This document shows positions 59,069 through 64,000 of a DNA stretch of 64,000 nucleotides, one piece after another. Positions within the stretch are counted from its first letter, which is position 1; every line of letters begins with the position of its first letter. This DNA comes from Polyangiaceae bacterium (GTDB taxonomy: Bacteria; Myxococcota_A; Polyangia; Polyangiales; Polyangiaceae): positions 96,001 through 160,000 of the forward strand of contig JBILLK010000008.1 in assembly GCA_044376115.1 (NCBI GenBank), given 5' to 3'. Both the position numbers and the translations under genes were made by a program. Under the pieces are notes generated by a model. The model did no database searches. It was not told where the DNA came from and was given only the letters and a program-made list of their open reading frames with translations.

Positions 59069-60727
59069 ATGACCAAGCAGATCCTCGAGCACGTCTACGA
59101 CAAGGAAGCCTCCATCGGGGACAGCGTCTACTTGACCCAACCCATCGGGAACGGGGACGTCAAGGATTACACCTGGAAAGACGTCGTAGGCGAGTCTCGG
59201 CGCATGGCGGCCCACCTGCAAGGGATGGGCTTCGAGCCCGGGGATCGCATCGCCATCCTGTCGAAGAACTGCGCGCACTTCTTCATGGCCGAGCTGGCGA
59301 TCTGGATGGCGGGCTTTACCACGGTAGCCATCTTCCCCACCGAGGGCCCCGACACCATCAACTACGTACTCACGCACAGTGACGCCAAAGCGCTCTTCGT
59401 CGGCAAGCTGGACACCTGGAAAGAGCAGGAGACGGGCGTCCCCAGTGAAGTAAAGCGCATCGCCTTCCCGCTCGCCCCCAAGAACGACTTTGCGAAGTGG
59501 GACGACATCGTCAAAGAAAGCGCGCCGCTCGAGGGTCGCGTCAAGCGCAAGGGTGAAGACCTCGCGATGATCATTTACACCTCCGGATCGACAGGCCGAC
59601 CGAAGGGCGTAATGCACAATTTTGACCGCATCTCCTATGCGGCGGAAGGCTTCGTCAAAGCGATCAAGATCACCAATGAAGATCGCGTCCTGTCCTACTT
59701 GCCGTTGGCGCACGTGTTTGAACGGGCGGCTGTGCAATGCACCACCCTCGTCGGTGGTGGGCGCGTCTTCTTCGCCGAGTCACTCGAGACGTTCGTCAAA
59801 GACATCCAGCGCGCTCAGCCGACCGTGTTCATCTCGGTACCGCGCTTGTGGCTGAAGTTCCAACAAGGCGTCTTCAAGAAGATGCCCCCCAAGAAGCTCG
59901 ATCTGTACCTGAAGATCCCCATCTTCAATAAGATCGTCGCCAAGAAGGTCCTCACCGGTCTCGGCCTGCAACATGTCCGCCTGGCCGCTAGCGGCTCGGC
60001 GCCGATCCCGGCTGAGCTGATTGCCTGGTACCGCAAGGTCGGACTCAACTTGCTCGAGGGCTACGCCATGAGCGAGGACTTTGCCTACTCGCATTTGTCG
60101 ACTCCCGAGCACGCACAGCCTGGCTACGTTGGTATCCCGCTGCCCGGGGTCGATTGCAAACTATCCCCCGAGGGAGAGATCCTCATCAAGTCCCCGGCTC
60201 GCCTGGTTGGTTACTTCAAGCAACCCGAGCTTGACGCTGAGATCTTCACCGAGGACGGCTTCTTCCGCACCGGGGACAAAGGGGAGCGCACCTCTGACGG
60301 CATGCTCAAGCTGACGGGCCGCGTGAAAGAGCTGTTCAAGACGGCGAAGGGCAAGTACGTAGCGCCTGCCCCGATCGAGAACATGCTCAATGAGCACCCG
60401 CTGGTCGAGATGTCCTGTGTCTCTGGCGTGGGTCAGCCCGCCGCCTATGCGCTATTGGTGTTAGCGGAGGACATCCGCCCCAAGCTCAAGGACCCGGAAA
60501 CCCGCAGCACGGTCGAGCGCGAGCTTGCGCCATTGCTCGAGCAGATCAACGCCAGGGTGTCCGGCTACGAACAGCTGCAGATGCTGGTCATCGCAGACAC
60601 TCCCTGGTCGATCGAGAACGGGATGCTCACCCCTACCATGAAGATCAAGCGGTCCAAGATTGAAGACCAGGTGAAAGACAAGCTCGAGAGCTGGTACGGA
60701 AGCAAGGGCCCGGTGGTTTGGGGCTAA
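59069..60727 (+). CDS. AMP-binding long-chain acyl-CoA synthetase
   Basis: YTSGSTGRPKG, YLPLAH, EGYAMSE, RTGD motifs. Confidence 0.92.
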   Translation: MTKQILEHVYDKEASIGDSVYLTQPIGNGDVKDYTWKDVVGESRRMAAHLQGMGFEPGDRIAILSKNCAHFFMAELAIWMAGFTTVAIFPTEGPDTINYVLTHSDAKALFVGKLDTWKEQETGVPSEVKRIAFPLAPKNDFAKWDDIVKESAPLEGRVKRKGEDLAMIIYTSGSTGRPKGVMHNFDRISYAAEGFVKAIKITNEDRVLSYLPLAHVFERAAVQCTTLVGGGRVFFAESLETFVKDIQRAQPTVFISVPRLWLKFQQGVFKKMPPKKLDLYLKIPIFNKIVAKKVLTGLGLQHVRLAASGSAPIPAELIAWYRKVGLNLLEGYAMSEDFAYSHLSTPEHAQPGYVGIPLPGVDCKLSPEGEILIKSPARLVGYFKQPELDAEIFTEDGFFRTGDKGERTSDGMLKLTGRVKELFKTAKGKYVAPAPIENMLNEHPLVEMSCVSGVGQPAAYALLVLAEDIRPKLKDPETRSTVERELAPLLEQINARVSGYEQLQMLVIADTPWSIENGMLTPTMKIKRSKIEDQVKDKLESWYGSKGPVVWG

Positions 60728-60753
60728 GCCCGAGAAGTAGCGCGGTGAGCCCG

Positions 60754-60948
60754 ATTCCGCCGAAGGCGGATGCAGCAAACATAATGACTCGTGCCCTCTT
60801 CGAGAAAATCGGCCGAAGGCCCCGTTGACCTTCGACGTTGGCACGAGTCATTCCGCCGAAGGCGGATGCAGCAAACAAAATGACTCGTGCCGTCTTCGAG
60901 AAAAACGGCCGAAGGCCCCTTTGGTCCTTTGGGTTGGCACGAGTCATT
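60754..60948. repeat. Tandem doublet of ~96-bp palindromic (REP-like) units
   Basis: Units start at 60754 and 60850; each has CCGCCGAAGGCGG and AATGACTCGTGCC...GGCACGAGTCATT inverted repeats. Confidence 0.8.
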
Positions 60949-61133
60949 CGCAACACGGCATCCAAGCGGATGGAGAGCCGCCCGTTCTTACATTGAACTA
61001 TCACCGCAGTCTTGGGAGCCGGCTTTGCACACGGCGGCCTCGCGGTCCCGAGCCGCGCGCTCTTTCTACTGAGCTATCCCAAGGTGACCGGAGACGCGTT
61101 TGGCAGCAACGCCAAGCGCGTCCCGGGAAAGGG

Positions 61134-62531
61134 TCAATGATCCTCTGGGTCCAACGCGAGCAGGGCAAAGCCATGCTTGTCGCGGAGGATCCAGGCGTTT
61201 AGTTGCGCCTCGCTGGAGCTCGGCTTGCCCGAGAAATAGCCAAGCTTGCGCAAGGCCCTCGCGAGCTTCGGACTAGAGATGGTGACACCGTGCAGGAGCT
61301 CCGGCGTTGGCCGGAACGGGACGGCAGTGCGTTCACTGCGCGGACCGGTCCACCCCTCGACGGAAGCACCATGAACCTCACAAGCTCGCTTTACACGAGC
61401 GCGTGAGCAGTCCACCTCTCCACGTAACACCTGCCACGGTAGCGGCAGGTCGGAAAATACTGCTGTATCCGGATGGACGGTTCCACCCGAGAGGCGGTGC
61501 CAAGCGGCCACGTCTTCGGCCATGAGCCGCATCACTTTACCGGGCAACATCCTGTCGAGTAGGCCCTCCATTCCGAGCCCGTGCAGCAATGCTATCCAGC
61601 TCTCGCGAGCCTTGTTCCATGCTCCCGCCGACTCGTTCCACGTCGATGAGTCATTGCCACGGGCCACGATCATCGTCCGCTTGTCGATGCGGCTCTTCTC
61701 CCAAACCTCCTCGAGTAGGTCCGCGCTGCAAGCCATGACCTCAAACGAGGTGGCGAGCAGCTGACCCCGCTCATTCTCCGTTAGCTGACGGAGAATCCGC
61801 GTCTCGGGCAGGGCGTGGGCGATTGCGTAGTAGTTGGGTGAACCACGCAGACAATGAGCGAGCAGCACCTCCGCTACCTCGTCGTACGGACGCACTTGGG
61901 AACCGCAGGTAAACTCGGAACGCAAGCTCATCCGTGAGGCGTAATAGGCAATGAAGCAGGCGCTATCCAGGTCACGAGCGAACTCTTCGCGCGTGAGCCG
62001 GGTCGCCAAGCTCGACTTGGAGATGCGAACCAGATCGAAACGCCGATCCGCGCGCACCATCCGGACGATCTTCTGCTCCAGCCGCGCGAGTAGCCGGAAG
62101 CGCTTGTTGTACCAGCGATGGCCCTTCATCAAGCCCAGCGAATAGCGCGCACGTTTGTCCAGCTTGCACCGGTCGCCGAAGGTTCGATGAATGAGGAGGC
62201 CCGTCTGCCGAACGAAGTCCTCGAGCCGCTGCGGGTCCCGACATTCTACCGCCGAGAGCACCGGAATTTGGCTCGCACCTTCCACATCGGCAAAGAGCGA
62301 TCGGGCCAGGTCGACCTGCGGCGCTGCCGCGACCTGCGCGTGAAAGAAGCTCGTGGCCATGGACGAGTACGCTTGGTAGCTGCGCGCGTACGAACCTCGC
62401 GCAGCCCGCGACACGACCTTCAATGACGTAGCGTCAAGCCGCGAACCAATCGCCCGCAGGACGCACTCCGCTACATCTTCCGGTCGCGAGCGACCTTGCA
62501 AATGAGCAAACAACTCTGAAATAGCGTCCAT
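61134..62531 (-). CDS. Hypothetical protein
   Basis: 465-aa ORF with AGGAGG RBS; no family recognised. Confidence 0.7.
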   Translation of the reverse strand: MDAISELFAHLQGRSRPEDVAECVLRAIGSRLDATSLKVVSRAARGSYARSYQAYSSMATSFFHAQVAAAPQVDLARSLFADVEGASQIPVLSAVECRDPQRLEDFVRQTGLLIHRTFGDRCKLDKRARYSLGLMKGHRWYNKRFRLLARLEQKIVRMVRADRRFDLVRISKSSLATRLTREEFARDLDSACFIAYYASRMSLRSEFTCGSQVRPYDEVAEVLLAHCLRGSPNYYAIAHALPETRILRQLTENERGQLLATSFEVMACSADLLEEVWEKSRIDKRTMIVARGNDSSTWNESAGAWNKARESWIALLHGLGMEGLLDRMLPGKVMRLMAEDVAAWHRLSGGTVHPDTAVFSDLPLPWQVLRGEVDCSRARVKRACEVHGASVEGWTGPRSERTAVPFRPTPELLHGVTISSPKLARALRKLGYFSGKPSSSEAQLNAWILRDKHGFALLALDPEDH

Positions 62532-62590
62532 ACGAGCCTCCTTCCGCAACGAGCGACGCGGAGCCCCGTATGGACCTGACAAGCGCTTAG

Positions 62591-64000
62591 CTACGGTAGT
62601 GCGCAGAAGTCGCCACCGCTCGCGCCGGCGGCCGGCAGCGGAACTGGCACGGTGGTCTCGTCAATCGAAAGCAGATAGTGCACCAGCGCGTCCCGCTGCT
62701 CACTTGCATTGGCGCCTGAGAGGAAGCCTGCGTCGGCCAAGGCAGCACGATGGGTGGCGAAGGTTGCCTTCAGCAGCTCCTCCAGCGTGCGTGCATTGCC
62801 AGCGTGGAAGTAGGGAGCCCCGACCTGCGCCCCTAGCAAGCTGGGCACGTTGAAGCCTTTGCCCACGGTCTCGTTGCCGAGGGCCGTCGTAAGCATGTCC
62901 TGGCGCACTTCGATCGCATTGACGCTGCTCGGCGAGACCCCAAACGTCCCCACTGGACGCAAGGCGCACTGCATGACATCCCCGAGCCCCGAGCCTGAGC
63001 GCATGACCTGATTGCCGGCCGGTGCGGGCAAGAGCCCCTCGGGGAAGCCGGCCGCGATCAGCGCCGCTCCATTCCAAGCTGCAGTCTTGAGCGATTCGTT
63101 CGTTGCGGAAGACGGAGTGTAGAAAAGCGTCGAGAGCGTCCACTTCGCTCCGCCGTGGCAGCCTGCACAACCGCCACTCGCAACAAACAGCTCTTCACCC
63201 GCCTGAATCTTGACGGGGTCCAGGTTGCTCGGGGCCCGAGGCGACCGCACCTCCTTTACGTACTGCTCTATTTGCGCCCAAGTCTGAAGCAGGCTCTGTT
63301 GCTCCATCGCGAGCCTGGCCGAGCCATTGAGCCCACCCGCGCCAAACGAGGGGAAGAGCATAATGTTGGTTAGGTCCACCCGGTCGGAGTTCACAGGTGG
63401 GTTACTCAGCGTGTGGACGATGGCCCCTACCCCACCGTCAAGCCCGCGCAATACGCCCTCAAAGTCGGCCATCTCATCGGCGACCGCTGTCCAGTTGAAG
63501 ATCCGTTGGTCACTCGGGTCACTCGAAGAATAACTGCCATCCAAGCTAGTGGACTGACGAGGGCCGCGACCAAAGTACCAAGTAACATTATCGCTTAGCC
63601 CCTCGAAGTGACAGGAGGCACAGGCCCCCCACCCTTGACCATTCAGGCTGAAGCGGCCAAGCCCAGACTCGAACGCGCGACGCCCAGCCATGATCGCGAC
63701 TTCGGCCTCGGAGGTTGCAGGGAGCGTGGAGGGATAAACCTTCGGGTCCCCCGCTGAGGCTCCGGCGATATCCTCGAGCCCCGGTGCGACGGCGAGCACC
63801 GTTAGATTGCGCGAGAACTGGTTTGCTACATAGGCAAACGGATGGGCATGCGCCGTAGCGAGCCCGATCGGCGATTCGCCGCGCGCGGCCTGCGGAAGCG
63901 CGTCCGAGGATAGATCGAGGAAGGGCCGCGTCGCACCGAACCCGACCTGGGTCAGCTGACCGCTTTGGTCGAAGCCGGCGCCGAACACAGCATCGACTCC
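62591..64000 (-). CDS. Partial di-heme cytochrome c (CcP/MauG-like) protein with probable N-terminal beta-propeller
   Basis: CASCH and CAGCH motifs, VPSL.G....PYFH.G.A.TL; 5' end probably outside window. Confidence 0.75.
   Translation of the reverse strand, partial: GVDAVFGAGFDQSGQLTQVGFGATRPFLDLSSDALPQAARGESPIGLATAHAHPFAYVANQFSRNLTVLAVAPGLEDIAGASAGDPKVYPSTLPATSEAEVAIMAGRRAFESGLGRFSLNGQGWGACASCHFEGLSDNVTWYFGRGPRQSTSLDGSYSSSDPSDQRIFNWTAVADEMADFEGVLRGLDGGVGAIVHTLSNPPVNSDRVDLTNIMLFPSFGAGGLNGSARLAMEQQSLLQTWAQIEQYVKEVRSPRAPSNLDPVKIQAGEELFVASGGCAGCHGGAKWTLSTLFYTPSSATNESLKTAAWNGAALIAAGFPEGLLPAPAGNQVMRSGSGLGDVMQCALRPVGTFGVSPSSVNAIEVRQDMLTTALGNETVGKGFNVPSLLGAQVGAPYFHAGNARTLEELLKATFATHRAALADAGFLSGANASEQRDALVHYLLSIDETTVPVPLPAAGASGGDFCALP

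Noticed and set aside
60754..60948. CRISPR or attC interpretation of the repeat doublet
   Set aside because: Only two units, no unique spacers, no GTTRRRY/RYYYAAC core boxes

Overview
GC-rich window from what looks like a myxobacterium (Ser/Thr kinase, VIT-vWA-AgmX/PglI-like protein, sigma54 systems, Gly-rich lipoproteins). The left ~30 kb is an integron. An integron integrase (28936-30033, minus strand) has its probable attI downstream of its 3' end (~28700), with the cassettes co-directional with it. Five intact attC sites follow. The first two cassettes are homologous ORF-less ~447-bp units with near-invariant blocks and variable blocks. Then come immunity-like genes, a vapBC module and an IS66 with no target duplication. 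Beyond the IS, a ~21-kb run of about 30 mostly minus-strand small genes has no intact attC that I could see. It does carry internally deleted attC remnants and a collapsed second vapBC copy, so it appears to be an eroded cassette array. This run is rich in ADP-ribose-processing genes (ARH, macrodomain, NADAR), phosphatases and toxin-immunity-like proteins. The right ~34 kb is ordinary chromosome: a sigma54 two-component/desaturase locus, thiS, VanW, aminopeptidase P, a kinase, LarE, Fpg/Nei, a deaminase-like protein, an ABC exporter, an acyl-CoA ligase, a REP-like doublet and a di-heme protein. All family calls come from recognising motifs by eye; no database searches were run.
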